64,000 nt of DNA from Takakia lepidozioides (lineage: Eukaryota > Plantae > Bryophyta). The stretch covers positions 52,452,001 to 52,516,000 of the forward strand of contig CM060733.1 in the NCBI GenBank assembly GCA_030704615.1, given 5' to 3'. The position numbers and the translations under genes were made by a program. Below, one piece after another: positions 1 through 10,749 of this stretch (positions within the stretch are counted from its first letter, which is position 1; the number at the start of each line of letters is the position of its first letter). The notes beneath the pieces were generated by a model, which saw only the letters and a program-made list of their open reading frames with translations, had not been told where the DNA came from and made no database searches.

Positions 1-219
1 AGATTTGTTGGTAATGGCAACGTCTTTGGATGGCGGCTACAAATTGGAGCACCAAGCAACATGAGGTGCAGTTACAATTCCGAGTTCTGTAGATATATAT
101 TCACTCTCACCCTCAACTCCAAATGTAGTATGTTTTGGTGCATATTAAATGGTTGCAGTGCATCTTTGTGTGGGCTTCAAACTGGCTTAGGTGTTTGGTT
201 TCGAAGTTTGGCAACCAGG

Positions 220-930
220 ATGGCTCCAATGAAGATGCATAAGGGTTTTAAGTACAAATACTTCTTCTCTGATCGTGTTCCAGGAGATGTGGCAGAGGAA
301 ATTGTTGGATCCCAATCCTCCAATTGTGTTGCTTCCAATTTTGAAGTGCATGAGGAAACTGACTGCGTGGTTGTTGACCCAGCTACTGATAAGGCTGATA
401 TAGAGTTGTCTAAGAAGGAAAAGAAAAGCTATGTGTTGAATCGTCATTTCGATGATACATAAGATACTAAATTGCCATGGGCTAAGTCTGTGCATGGTGA
501 GGATGATCGTGTGCACCACGTCAAGTGCAAGGTTTGTTCTTTTGTTGAGGGAAGGAACAAACTTTTGGTCCCAAAGTTAGACTCCCTTGGGAAATACGCT
601 GCTAGGCACAAGGCATTGGTTGCCATAAAGGATGTGAAGAAGAGAGAGTACTATTTTCTGAAAAACAACCTCCATACTCAAAGAGAAAAGGTCTATGCAG
701 CTAGTGCAGGCAGGGATTCCATTGCCCAACAAGTACAAGCTGACACCACTGTTGATAGAAAGAAGAAACTTGTTCAATTTACTACTGTCTTTACTTCATC
801 ACAACATGACAGACCTATGTGTGAGTATTCGTAGCATATGCAAAACTTGTTTAGGTTTTTGAAGGTCAGTAATAACCCAGTCAAGCATTGGTTTGACAAT
901 AGTGGGTAGGAGATGGCAGACCATTTTGGT
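220..930 (+). pseudogene. hAT-like (ZNF862-type) transposase N-terminal fragment
   Basis: ORFs 61-462 and 472-834 are one frame broken by stops: 'LNRHFDDT*DTKLPWAKSV...HVKCKVCSFVEGRNKLLVPKLDSL...KKLVQFTTVF...RPMCEY...PVKHWFDNSG*EMA'. Zinc-finger-like CxxC and overall pattern resemble plant hAT/ZNF862-like transposases (recognition from memory). Confidence 0.6.
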
Positions 931-1028
931 GTTCTCACTGGTCGATAGTCTAGAACCGACCTAAGTAGTTTTTGCAAGAATTTCTAGATTTGTTAACAGT
1001 CAGACAAATAAAATAAAAATGTCCATAC

Positions 1029-1654
1029 CAGTGTTGGACCGGTATATAGGTCCAACCCCGGGTAGGTAAGACCATTCCCGGCTGGTAGGTAGGCTGGCCA
1101 ATACCCCGGGCAATACCACTACGGGCAATATATATCTTACTCCACGTTGCGGAATATACCATACCCGACTGGTATTGCGAGGGACGAGATTGTTGTTGAT
1201 ACCAGTATTGTTGCGATGTGAGCCTCCAAACAGCACAGTAGTAATAGTAATAGTGATAGTAATAGTAATAGTAATAAGAATAGTAAAGATAATAGTAATA
1301 AAAATAAGGATAGTGATAATGATAGTAGTTGATAATAGTAGTGATAATAGCAGTAATATCAGTAGTAATTGTGATCCACGAAGGTCCTTTTATTTTTCAG
1401 GTTATTGAGTATTTTCTTGAATATATTGAATATTCTATATACCTATCCCGGAAATTTTCATATTCCCTCATATGAGATGGAAAAAAATAAGTATTGATAC
1501 CCTACTCTATACAGCCACAAATTTACGTTATTGATACCCCTCCTATACCCTACCCGCCCCCTTACCCCAATACCAGGACCATACCGGTCTTGGGAAATAT
1601 GGGCCCTTGTGACAAGTCTCGGTATCATATTTTTGTGATACCAATCCAAGACTG
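1029..1654. mobile_element. Non-autonomous hAT element (MITE), subfamily A
   Basis: TIRs CAGTGTTGGACCGGTAT ... ATACCAATCCAAGACTG; 8-bp TSD GTCCATAC (1021-1028) / GTCCATAT (1655-1662). Homologous in reverse orientation to 56155-56841. Confidence 0.9.
1237..1369. repeat. Degenerate (AGTAAT)n/(AAT)n microsatellite inside the hAT MITE
   Basis: agtagtaatagtaatagtgatagtaatagtaatagtaataag...; explains the spurious VIVIVIVI ORF 1175-1408. Confidence 0.9.
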
Positions 1655-1890
1655 GTCCATATGCCTCTCTCACACATCTTCAATGTTTTAAGGGGCATGA
1701 ATTAAAAATTAAACTTGTGCAGGTTTTCAAAGCTGTCGTGCGCATACATATCGCTACACAACTACATCGTTGTCCCAAACCACACAACACATGTGCACAA
1801 CACATACTAGTATACCACTAGTCCAGCCACTAGTCCAACCACTAGGCTGCCACTATGCTGCCCACTATGGCAGTCACTAGTCCACCACAA

Positions 1891-2114
1891 TGATAAAGAA
1901 GAAGAATACAAGCACAAGCTCATGCGAGCTCATAAACCTGAAACATATATACTCTCATCACTCAAATACAAGTCAAGCCAAATGCACCCCACGCCATGGG
2001 GAATCCACACTACGGCGCCATAGCTAGGCACGGTGAGGCTCAACTCGAGAAAGATGAGCCTCCCGCGCTTGCCGTGAAGATAACCACTCCAGGGCCTAAA
2101 TCTACCTTGACCCC
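1891..2114 (-). mobile_element. Short LTR (3' LTR on minus strand, missing its first ~10 bp) joined to the DNMT-integrase relic
   Basis: Diverged direct repeat of 22557-22791, starting TGATAAAGAAGAAG. Joined to the truncated integrase sequence through a 4-bp GGGG (minus strand) microhomology at 2111-2114. Confidence 0.75.
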
Positions 2115-2500
2115 AATCCCATGATTGGTAAAGGATGCAACTGTGGTGTAGGGTAGTTGAATGAAGCACGCACCCTGTCACACACCATGCATCTAGCCAC
2201 AAACCATTTGCCCCTCTGTGTGCATACCATGCCACCAATACTGCCCCTGCAGTAAACTATGAGTGCGTCTCACTCCAAAATGCCCCAACTCCTCATGGGC
2301 ATGCCGCACTAACCGTGCACGTTCTGTTGGGTGAGGCACAATCCTCACCCAACTATCCTCCCATACTCGGAGCAGGTGTGTCCCCTCCCACTTGAACCTC
2401 TTGGCTCGTTGCAGGATCCGATCCCTCTATTTGGCAGTCACAGTGGCTACCGTGTCTCCAGTACGGAGGTAGTCTAACACAGCCAAATCCTCATGTTTAT
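2111..2500 (-). pseudogene. Ty3/gypsy integrase N-terminal zinc-binding (HHCC) domain, truncated
   Basis: Manual translation: 'HEDLAVLDYLRTG...K*RDRILQRAKRFKWEGTHLLRVWEDSWVRIVPHPTERARLVRHAHEELGHFGVRRTHSLLQGQYWWHGM' (frameshift) 'FVARCMVCDRVRASFNYPTPQLHPLPIMGLG'. Confidence 0.88.
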
Positions 2501-2969
2501 CTCTGGCACCACCTGGCTCATCACTAGCCTCAGGGTTCCCAGACACTCTGTCTACAGTCATCCCTGTTGTAGGTCCAACCTGCCAAGGCTCCAAATTGTC
2601 CTCCGTAACTGCAACTTTAAGTCCAACAGACTTAGAGGTAGGAGACGCGTTCCGTGGTTGCTATACTGCAACCTCTTGAGCAATGCCCATTGCCTGCTTT
2701 GTCAATGACAATGCCTCATCCTGCCCCATCATCTCATCTTTAAGGACCTCCTCAACCCGAGAAGAATCCCTATTATCATCCATCGCCGCCGCCTTGGCTG
2801 CCAACTCCATCTGAACCTCGAGCACCTCCCATGTGTGCCATGGATGTCTGCACCCCGTGGTCATTGCCTGCTCGCCCCCACTCACTGCTTGTACCGTCTC
2901 GGTAGGCAGGGAGTCTGTCAAGGGACATGTAGTGGGAGAAGTTGTCTGCAACCTGCGCTGCTCAGCCAT

Positions 2970-3444
2970 ACTCAGGCTAATGATCTAGGTCAAGCAATTG
3001 AGATCCATTGCTTGCCCCAACACCTGATGACATGATGCCTCAGAAAGAGAATGCACCGCCGTGGTCCCAGTGGAAAAACCCGTAGCCCGCTTGCGCTCAT
3101 CGGTATTAGGCTCCACTAACTGCTGCAACTAAGCATCCCATAGGAGGCCAGGTCCACTATCCCGGAAAGCTTGCGATCTTGGGAAGCTGAGTAGTGTAGG
3201 TAGTGCTGCTCGTGGTTGACCCACCTTGTTGACCACTGCCAAAGGCAAACGGTCATCGTGTCTCACACGCTGAGACTGCCTTCCTATGTCCAAAATGCTA
3301 TCCACCGTGAGGTGTGCTGGTCGCTGCACCCCATCAAATGCATGCTTGAGCAGTGCGGGTGACATCAAGTTAGTCGACCATAGCCGTAGACGATGAGCCC
3401 GTAACCCCACTGCAGCTGCATCCAACAACACTGCTGACCCAAGC
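2970..3444 (-). pseudogene. C5-cytosine DNA methyltransferase (DNMT3-like), C-terminal half (motifs VIII-X)
   Basis: 'LGSAVLLDAAAVGLRAHRLRLWSTNL' (compare DNMT3 DAxxVSAAHRARYFWGNL), 'LVEPNTDERKRATGFSTGTT' (motif IX), 'CHQVLGQAMDLNCLT' (motif X). In-frame TAG stops. Confidence 0.85.
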
Positions 3445-4191
3445 TGTCGCGGCCCTTTGCCTTGAGGGCAGGGGGTCGGGACACATCAGGGGCTGCCCCT
3501 GTGGTGGGGGCAGCGGCAGCGATAGGTATGGGGGGGCTGAGCACCCTTGAGTGCCCAAGCACTCAGGGAAGCGGAGGCGCTCACTAGGTGGAGCCCCGCA
3601 CACCGGGTTGCGGTGGGGGTGGCTCCACAAGCGGTGGGGTTGGCTCCACAAGGGTGGTGGTAGCTTAGTGGGACTTAGTGGGGTGGCATAGGACTCACCA
3701 TGGGGCGGAGACCTCGTGGTGGGAGTCGTGGGGAGTCTTGGGACTCATCACGGTCCATAGGGGCCGTGGTGAGCGGGCCAAGACTCACCGCGACTCACCA
3801 CCGGGAGTCGAGGGTTTTCGTGGTGGTTCGCCATAAAATGGCATGGCTGGTTGTGAACCCCCGCGGACAGCTACAGAAGTATATATAGGGAGTAGTAACC
3901 CCGAGAACGGTGCAAGCCCGTTGGTGACCAAAAACTAGTGAGTAAGCGAGCGAGCCGGAAAGCGACCAAAGAGTGGGGAGCTGTTCCGGACTGCCATCTA
4001 CCAAAGGGAATTCTCCTAGTCCCAAAGAGGTGGAGGGTTTAGAAGGAAGCGAAGGGGGGACCGTTATGTCCCGGTGAGCAGCCGAAGCTCCAAGTTGGCC
4101 CGGGCGGCCAGGTTGGGAGTCAGGCGCGCGCATCAAAGCGAGTAACTATGACTTGAAGGGGAGCTTACCGGAGTGAGTGTGGTGCGCGACA
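3445..4191 (+). repeat. 5' LTR of chromovirus copy 1
   Basis: TG...CA termini, near-identical to 9705-10453; internal 21-bp tandem duplication gcggtgggggtggctccacaa; TATA-like TATATA near 3880. Confidence 0.97.
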
Positions 4192-4192
4192 T

Positions 4193-4204
4193 TGGTATCA
4201 GAGC
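4193..4204 (+). promoter_or_regulatory. Primer-binding site (initiator tRNA-Met)
   Basis: TGGTATCAGAGC immediately after the 5' LTR. Confidence 0.95.
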
Positions 4205-4241
4205 TTAGAGTTCAGTACGCGATCGTCCTTGGGGCCTCATC

Positions 4242-5856
4242 ATGGGGTCGGGCAAGCCGAAGCGAAAGCGGAACGGCCCAAAAGATGATGATCCCGGTGA
4301 GCCCGATGGGGGCGACGTGTCACCGAGGCGGCCGTTTGAGGAAGCGATGAATGTTTCCGAAAACGAGTCCGCTCAGGAGCGGGAGGAATCCGAGGAGTCG
4401 GAGCCCGAGGAATCCTTGAGAGCTCCGACAAACCAAGAGATGCCTCCCATGCCGGCAGCCTTTTGGGAAGGGTTGTTGGCGCAGTTTGGCGGGACGTTGA
4501 AAGACGTGTTGAAGGCGGCTAATGCCACTTCCACTAAGGCAAAGTTTAAGGTGAAGCCTAAGGAACCCGGCACCTTCGAGGGCGTTCGAAACCGGAAGGC
4601 ACTCAACACCTGGCTCCTGGAGCTAGAGCAGTACTTCCGGGCGGCCAAGTTGAGTGACGAGGATCGGGTGGAAGTGGCTCCCACCTATTTGAGGGGCTAT
4701 GCTCAACAATGGTGGCAGAAACGCCTTCACGACCGAGGCCCAAGCCCGGAAACCTTGAACTGGAGTGGGTTCAAGGAATTGATGAAGAGACAGTTTGTGC
4801 CCCTCAACGCGTCCTGGCTTGCCCGGGACAAGATGAGGAATTTGAAGCAAACAGATGACATTCGGGGGTACGTCCAGGCTTTCAATGTGCTGTTGCTCGA
4901 AGTCGCGGACATGGCAGAACCAGAAATGGTCTTCAACTTTGTGGCGGGACTGGCCCCATGGGCCAGGCGGAAGTTGGAGGAGAAGCCACCCAAGACTTTG
5001 AACGAGGCAATTGAGAGGGCTGAATGTTTCTCGGATGTCCCTAGGGGTGAAAGACAAGGCCGTACGGAGCTGAACCACAAGAAGACCCGGCGGGAAGGTG
5101 ACTCCTTCCGACCGGAAAAGAAGTGGGATAGGCCACGCGGCGATAATGGCATGTGGAAATCGAAGGGAGGGCCTTCGTACGTCAAGGCGGCACCCGGTGC
5201 TCCGAAAGGAAAAGCGGGTGGAGCGGCTTATGGCGGACAGAAGGCGACCTTTGATGGAGTGTGTTTCAATTGCGGGGAGCCCGGGCACATGGCCAAGAAG
5301 TGCACGAAGCCCCGGCAATTGAACATGACTCGGGCGACCACGGAGCTGTCGGAAGATACCATCAGTCGCTTGGTGGAAGCGGTAGTCGCCAGGACTTGCA
5401 AGGTAGGCAACTATTCTTGTGAGTTGTATCAGGAAACTGGCGCCTGCGAAAGGGAGTCAGTTATTGTTCGTGGATGGGATAATATCCGGAACTAACGTGT
5501 CGTTGTTGGTGGACACAGGAGCGTCGCACTCCTTCATGACGCCGGTGGCGGCGCGAAAGTTGGGACTCCCGACAAGTGACGTGGGGGCCTCTATTGAGGT
5601 GCGCTCTGCCAAAGGAGAACCTCAGTTGGCGACAAGGTTGGCGTTTGATGTTCCTCTTCAACTGGGGAGTTGGGAGGGACGTGAGAACTTCACTATCTGC
5701 GAGATCGATGGAGTGGATCTCATTTTAGGGATGACCTTTTTGAGCAAATCCGGAGCGGTCATAGATGGCCGCAAGAGAGTAGTCACGCTGCCATGTGGGA
5801 ATGGTGGCGAGGTTTTACGAGTGTCAGAAACGCCCAAATCCGTGGAGGGCGAATAA
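4242..5856 (+). CDS. gag: Gag plus aspartic protease (frameshifts near 5445 and 5845)
   Basis: Retrotransposon gag core ([20 protein letters not shown]), CCHC knuckle [14 protein letters not shown]; protease motif [11 protein letters not shown] in ORF 5419-5856. Confidence 0.93.
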
Positions 5857-8801
5857 ACCTTCTGTCAGCAAAGGAGTGGGCCGTGGAGGAGGCACACGAG
5901 TCCCAGTTTTTGCTTTACATTAGAGAAGTGAAAGGAGAAGGCGATGGGGAGCCGAGCCCAGATTGGATCAAGGGGATTTTGGAGAAATACCAGGATGTGA
6001 TGCCGGAGGATTTACCAAGCGGCTTGCCACCGCGAAGAGGAGTTGACCACAAGATTGAGGTGATACCGGGATCGGGACCGCCTGCCAAGGCGCCCTACCG
6101 GTTGAGCCACAGAGAGTTGGTCGAGCTGAAGACTCAGCTCAAGGATCTAATGTCAAAGGGGTACATCCGGCCGAGTAAGTCACCTTACGGAGCCCCGGTG
6201 CTATTTGCAGACAAGAAGGATGGGACGCTGCGGATGTGTGTCGATTACAGGGCTCTGAATAAGGTGACTATCAAAAACCGGTACCCTTTGCCAAGGATCG
6301 ACGACCTCTTCGATCGGTTGGCAGGAGCGAAGTATTTCAGCCGGATCGACTTGCGCTCCGGCTATCACCAAATTCGGGTGGCAGAAGGAGATGAGGAGAA
6401 GACCGCGTGCAGGACAAGGTATGGTTCATATGAGTTCTTGGTGATGCCTTTTGGGCTCACCAATGCACCAGCGACATTTAGCACGCTGATGAACAGCCTT
6501 TTCCAGGAGTGGTTGGATGACTTTGTGATCGTGTACATCGACGACATCTTGGTGTACTCGAAAACAAAGGAGGAGCACCTGGAGCACCTCAAAAGGGTGT
6601 TCCAAAAATTGCGAGAAGGGAAGCTGTATGCCAAAGCTTCAAAGTGCGAATTCGGGGTCACAAAAGTGGAGTTCTTGGGGCATGTGATTACACAGGATGG
6701 GATCAAAATGGATGACAGAAAGGTGAGGGCGATCTTGGACTGGGAGCCTCCGACTTCGGTCCCGGGAGTGCGATCCTTCCTAGGACTCGCCTCCTATTAC
6801 CGGAAGTATGTGAGAAATTTCGCCAAGATCGCGGGGCCGCTGTCGGACCTTCTGTGTAAATCCAAAGTCTGGGTATGGAACACATTTTGTGGCCAAGCTT
6901 TTGCTGAATTGAAGCAGCGGATGACGGAAGCTCCAGTCTTGAAAATCCCGGAGTTCGATCGTCCGTTTGAGATTCATACAGATGCATCGGACTTCGCAAT
7001 TGGGGGTGTACTTATGCAAGATGGACGTCCAGTGGCTTACGAAAGTAAGAAACTGAATGAAGTGGAGCGACGGTGGCCGACGCACGAAAAAGAGATGAAG
7101 GCGGTGGTGCATTGCCTTGAACTCTGGCGCCACTATGTTGGTTCCAACCCAGTGAAGGTGTTCACGGACAATGTCACGGTGAAGTATTTTGCCACGCAGC
7201 CCAAGTTGTCCCCAAAACAACTTAGGTGGCAAGATACTTTGGCAGTGTTCGACGTGGATATCCAGTACAAACCGGGACGGGACAATGTGGTGGCCGATGC
7301 TTTAAGTAGAAAGCAGCAGCTCTTGTTGGTGTACAAGGGCGAGACGGCGCTCCAAAGGAAGATCCGGAAGGCTTGCCGGAAGGATGAGCTGGCAAAGTGC
7401 GTGATGCAGGACTTGAGAATGGGGGTTAAATCGCAGTTCCACTTGCAAAACGGACTGCTCCGGTATAAGCAAAAACGTCTCTATGTGCCAAAGGGAGGGA
7501 TCAGGGATAGCCTCTTGAGAGAATGCCATGATAGCCCGCTTGCGGGCCACGGTGGAGCCAAGCGCACTGCGGCACTCTTGAAGAAAGAGTATTTCTGGCC
7601 CAAACTGAGGGAGGAGGCAGAGGAGTATGTCAAGACATGCACCACATGCCAACAAAACCGGAGCGAGTACAAAAAGCAAGCGGGGCTGTTACAACCCTTG
7701 CCGATTCCAGAGGGGACTTGGGAAAGCGTCTCGATGGATTTCATGACTGCTATGCCGCTGTCAAAAGGATTCGATGCAATCATGGTGGTGGTAGATAGGT
7801 TCAGTAAAATGGCCCATTTCATCCCCACCAAGGAGACGGCAACGGCGCAGGAGACAGGGCGACTTTACTTCGCCCACGTCTTAAAGCATCATGGAGTCCC
7901 GAAGGATATTGTCTCGGACCGCGATCCAAAGTTTACGAGTAAATTCTGGAGAGCACTTTGGAAGAAGATGGGGACGAGGCTGAAGATGAGCACCGCCTTC
8001 CGACCTACGACGGACGGCCAAACGGAAAGAGTGAATTCCGTAGTGAAGCAATTCTTGCGGAATTACGTGTCGGCAGACCAATCAGACTGGATGGAACACT
8101 TAGACGCGGCAGAGTTCTGTTATAATAACACAGAACACTCCGCGACGGGAGTTTCCCCTTTTGTGTTGGTCTATGGAAAAGCACCTCTGGTGCCGACAAG
8201 TTGGGCCGCCCAGGACGTTGAGGAACCGGCAGTAGCGGCGGTACTGGAAGAACGCGAGCGTTTGTTGAAGCTCGCAAAGTACAACATTGCCAAAGCTAGG
8301 AAACGGTATGAAAGGCAGGCGAATCGGAAGCGGAGGGAAGTGAAGTTTGAGGCAGGCACAGAGGTCTGGTTGAACATCAAGAATTTTCGACTACCTCCGG
8401 AAGTGAGTCCGAAGTTCGTACCTCCGTATGCGGGTCCCTTTCGCATTCGGAGGGTTATGAATGAGGATGTGTATGAATTGGAGCTGCCGGCAAACAGCAA
8501 GGTGCACCCAGTATTCCATGTCTCCCTTTTGAAGCCTTACTTCAAAGATGAAGCACGTCCGAATCGGCAGCAAGTGTTGCGTCCGCCACCTATGCTGTTG
8601 GATCATGAAAATGAACCTGAGTACGAGGTGGAGGCAATACTTAAGTCGAGGAGGTTCAAGAACCGAGAAACGGAGTATCTCGTCAAATGGAAGGGCTATC
8701 ATCTTGTGGAGGCATCTTGGGTGCGTGCCTCAGAAATGGGAAACGCATCCGAGGCACTTGCAGCGTTCGAAGGGCGACCTCAAAAGCGGAAGAAACGTTG
8801 A
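5793..8801 (+). CDS. pol: Pol: reverse transcriptase, RNase H, integrase, chromodomain
   Basis: 1002-aa open frame: [25 protein letters not shown]; [10 protein letters not shown]; HDSPLAGH...CTTC; SMDF/SDRD/GQTE; YAGPF; chromodomain EYEVEAIL...YLVKWKGY...SWV; basic tail RPQKRKKR. Confidence 0.98.
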   Translation: MWEWWRGFTSVRNAQIRGGRINLLSAKEWAVEEAHESQFLLYIREVKGEGDGEPSPDWIKGILEKYQDVMPEDLPSGLPPRRGVDHKIEVIPGSGPPAKAPYRLSHRELVELKTQLKDLMSKGYIRPSKSPYGAPVLFADKKDGTLRMCVDYRALNKVTIKNRYPLPRIDDLFDRLAGAKYFSRIDLRSGYHQIRVAEGDEEKTACRTRYGSYEFLVMPFGLTNAPATFSTLMNSLFQEWLDDFVIVYIDDILVYSKTKEEHLEHLKRVFQKLREGKLYAKASKCEFGVTKVEFLGHVITQDGIKMDDRKVRAILDWEPPTSVPGVRSFLGLASYYRKYVRNFAKIAGPLSDLLCKSKVWVWNTFCGQAFAELKQRMTEAPVLKIPEFDRPFEIHTDASDFAIGGVLMQDGRPVAYESKKLNEVERRWPTHEKEMKAVVHCLELWRHYVGSNPVKVFTDNVTVKYFATQPKLSPKQLRWQDTLAVFDVDIQYKPGRDNVVADALSRKQQLLLVYKGETALQRKIRKACRKDELAKCVMQDLRMGVKSQFHLQNGLLRYKQKRLYVPKGGIRDSLLRECHDSPLAGHGGAKRTAALLKKEYFWPKLREEAEEYVKTCTTCQQNRSEYKKQAGLLQPLPIPEGTWESVSMDFMTAMPLSKGFDAIMVVVDRFSKMAHFIPTKETATAQETGRLYFAHVLKHHGVPKDIVSDRDPKFTSKFWRALWKKMGTRLKMSTAFRPTTDGQTERVNSVVKQFLRNYVSADQSDWMEHLDAAEFCYNNTEHSATGVSPFVLVYGKAPLVPTSWAAQDVEEPAVAAVLEERERLLKLAKYNIAKARKRYERQANRKRREVKFEAGTEVWLNIKNFRLPPEVSPKFVPPYAGPFRIRRVMNEDVYELELPANSKVHPVFHVSLLKPYFKDEARPNRQQVLRPPPMLLDHENEPEYEVEAILKSRRFKNRETEYLVKWKGYHLVEASWVRASEMGNASEALAAFEGRPQKRKKR

Positions 8802-9704
8802 TGGGGACATCAACCTTGGAGCGTGGGGGAGGAAATGCATGCTTAGCCCGGTTTAGCTAGCTCAGGAATCCGATTGCAAAAACTTGTATTGTACAAAAAT
8901 TTGTTATAAAGGAAATGGGTTCCAAATATTGTGCGTCCTATTGTGTTTGGAATGGTGATGCATGGTGTGGTTGGCTAGTGTGTAGAATGCATGCTAGCTT
9001 ACAAAAGTGGGAGAGGTAAATTGGGTAATCGTGTGTTTGCGCAGTGCCGAAATCGGGTGACTCCCATCCAGGGGCAAGGAAACTTGCGCCTTCTTTGGGA
9101 GTTCACGTGCTAGTGCGCACCTGGCGCGTGCGCGTACTATAACTGCGCTACCGAGGGGGTTGCCTTGTAGTGCGGGCTAACGCGGAAGCTACGTGCTTCC
9201 GTTCACGTACTATAATCGTGTAGCCTCGGGACGAAGTCGTAGTGCGGCTTCGGCGTGTTCCCGTACCTCAGGCCAGCATTCCAAGGCGGACCCAATTGTA
9301 GTGATTGGGGCGCACGGTTGGTTCAAGGTTATCTTCCTAGTCAAAGAGGGTTCCAGGTGAACCCTTGCTCAAGGTGATGCCAAAAGCGGCATCATGAGCG
9401 ATCGCAAGCAATGTTGTTGCAGTAAGGCGATTCGATCCTCGGGGAGGATCGTTCCTTGGCCTTGAAGTAGGCCAAGAAGAGTGCACTGGAGGAGCTGGAG
9501 AGGCTCCACCCTTGGCCGGGACTTGGAGGAAGTCGGCCGAACTAGCTAGTGGAGAGTAGAGTCAAGTGTGGGGTTTGGTTCTTTGCCATGGGACGCCATG
9601 GTACAGAAACAAACTCCTTGATGTGGGACGCCACAACTTGGATGTTCGTTTCTACAAAATGGACAAGTCGATGAGGACATCGACTCCCTGTTGGTAGGGG
9701 TGTG

Positions 9705-10453
9705 TGTCGCGGCCCTTTGCCTTGAGGGCAGGGGGTCGGGACACATCAGGGGCTGCCCCTGTGGTGGGGGGCAGCGGCAGCGATAGGTATGGGGGGCTGA
9801 AGCACCCTTGAGTGCCCAAAGCACTCAGGGAAGCGGAGGCGCTCACTAGGTGGAGCCCCGCACACCGGGTTGCGGTGGGGGTGGCTCCACAAGCGGTGGG
9901 GTTGGCTCCACAAGGGTGGTGGTAGCTTAGTGGGACTTAGTGGGGGTGGCATAGGACTCACCATGGGGGCGGAGACCTCGTGGTGGGAGTCGTGGGGAGT
10001 CTTGGGACTCATCACGGTCCATAGGGGCCGTGGTGAGCGGGCCAAGACTCACCGCGACTCACCACCGGGAGTCGAGGGTTTTCGTGGTGGTTCGCCATAA
10101 AATGGCATGGCTGGTTTGTGGAACCCCCGCGGACAGCTACAGAAGTATATATAGGGAGTAGTAACCCGAGAACGGTGCAAGCCCGTTGGTGACCAAAAAC
10201 TAGTGAGTAAGCGAGCGAGCCGGAAAGCGACCAAAGAGTGGGGAGCTGTTCCGGACTGCCATCTACCAAAGGGAATTCTCCTAGTCCCAAAGAGGTGGAG
10301 GGTTTAGAAGGAAGCGAAGGGGGGACCGTTATGTCCCGGTGAGCAGCCGAAGCTCCAAGTTGGCCCGGGCGGCCAGGTTGGGAGTCAGGCGCGCGCATCA
10401 AAGCGAGTAACTATGACTTGAAGGGGGAGCTTACCGGAGTGAGGTGCGCGACA
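9705..10453 (+). repeat. 3' LTR of chromovirus copy 1
   Basis: Preceded by purine-rich GGTAGGGGTGTG (9693-9704); ends GCGCGACA followed by TSD CAAGC. Confidence 0.97.
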
Positions 10454-10727
10454 CAAGCCATGACCGGACTTGATGCACACTGGCCATCACCCTGGCCCGA
10501 GAATCGCCCATCAGTGGCACATTCTCCAAGACGTATGCTGAAGGTACAGCTTGATGAAGCTGCAAGTGGCGCAAAACCCGCACCATCTCCCAAAACAGAC
10601 CCGACCTCGAGTCTCACAATCCATTGTCATACCTGGCTTATAAATGCCCTTGGCAGGGCCAACCTGCCACTACCAGATCAATGGAGCCAACCCGCTCCAA
10701 ATCCTGCGCCGCCCCCAACAAGAAAAT
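10454..10727 (-). pseudogene. C5-cytosine DNA methyltransferase (DNMT3-like), catalytic N-terminal half (motifs IV and VI)
   Basis: Manual translation: 'DLERVGSIDLVVAGWPCQGHL*ARYDNGL*DSRSGLFWEMVRVLRHLQLHQAVPSAYVLENVPLMGDSRARVMASVHQVRSWL'. PC motif within 10647-10664, ENV at 10518-10526. Motif I is absent (truncated). Confidence 0.9.
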
Positions 10728-10749
10728 GTATGGTGGCAAGGCCTGCTGA

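Larger units (their letters stand above)
3445..10453 (+). mobile_element. Full-length Ty3/gypsy chromovirus LTR retrotransposon, copy 1 (Galadriel-like, inferred)
   Basis: LTRs 3445-4191 and 9705-10453 (TGTCGCG...CGCGACA); 5-bp TSD CAAGC (3440-3444, 10454-10458); PBS TGGTATCAGAGC; PPT; gag-PR-RT-RH-INT-chromodomain. Confidence 0.98.

Noticed and set aside
1175-1408. Hydrophobic VIVIVI ORF as a membrane protein
   Set aside because: Translation of an (AGTAAT)n microsatellite inside a MITE.
5419-5856. Programmed ribosomal frameshift between gag and pol
   Set aside because: The paralogous copy reads through these positions in frame and no slippery heptamer is evident; better explained as indels.
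4373-8702. Numerous antisense ORFs within the chromoviruses (also 14241-18473)
   Set aside because: Shadows of the GC-rich gag-pol frame with no independent motifs.
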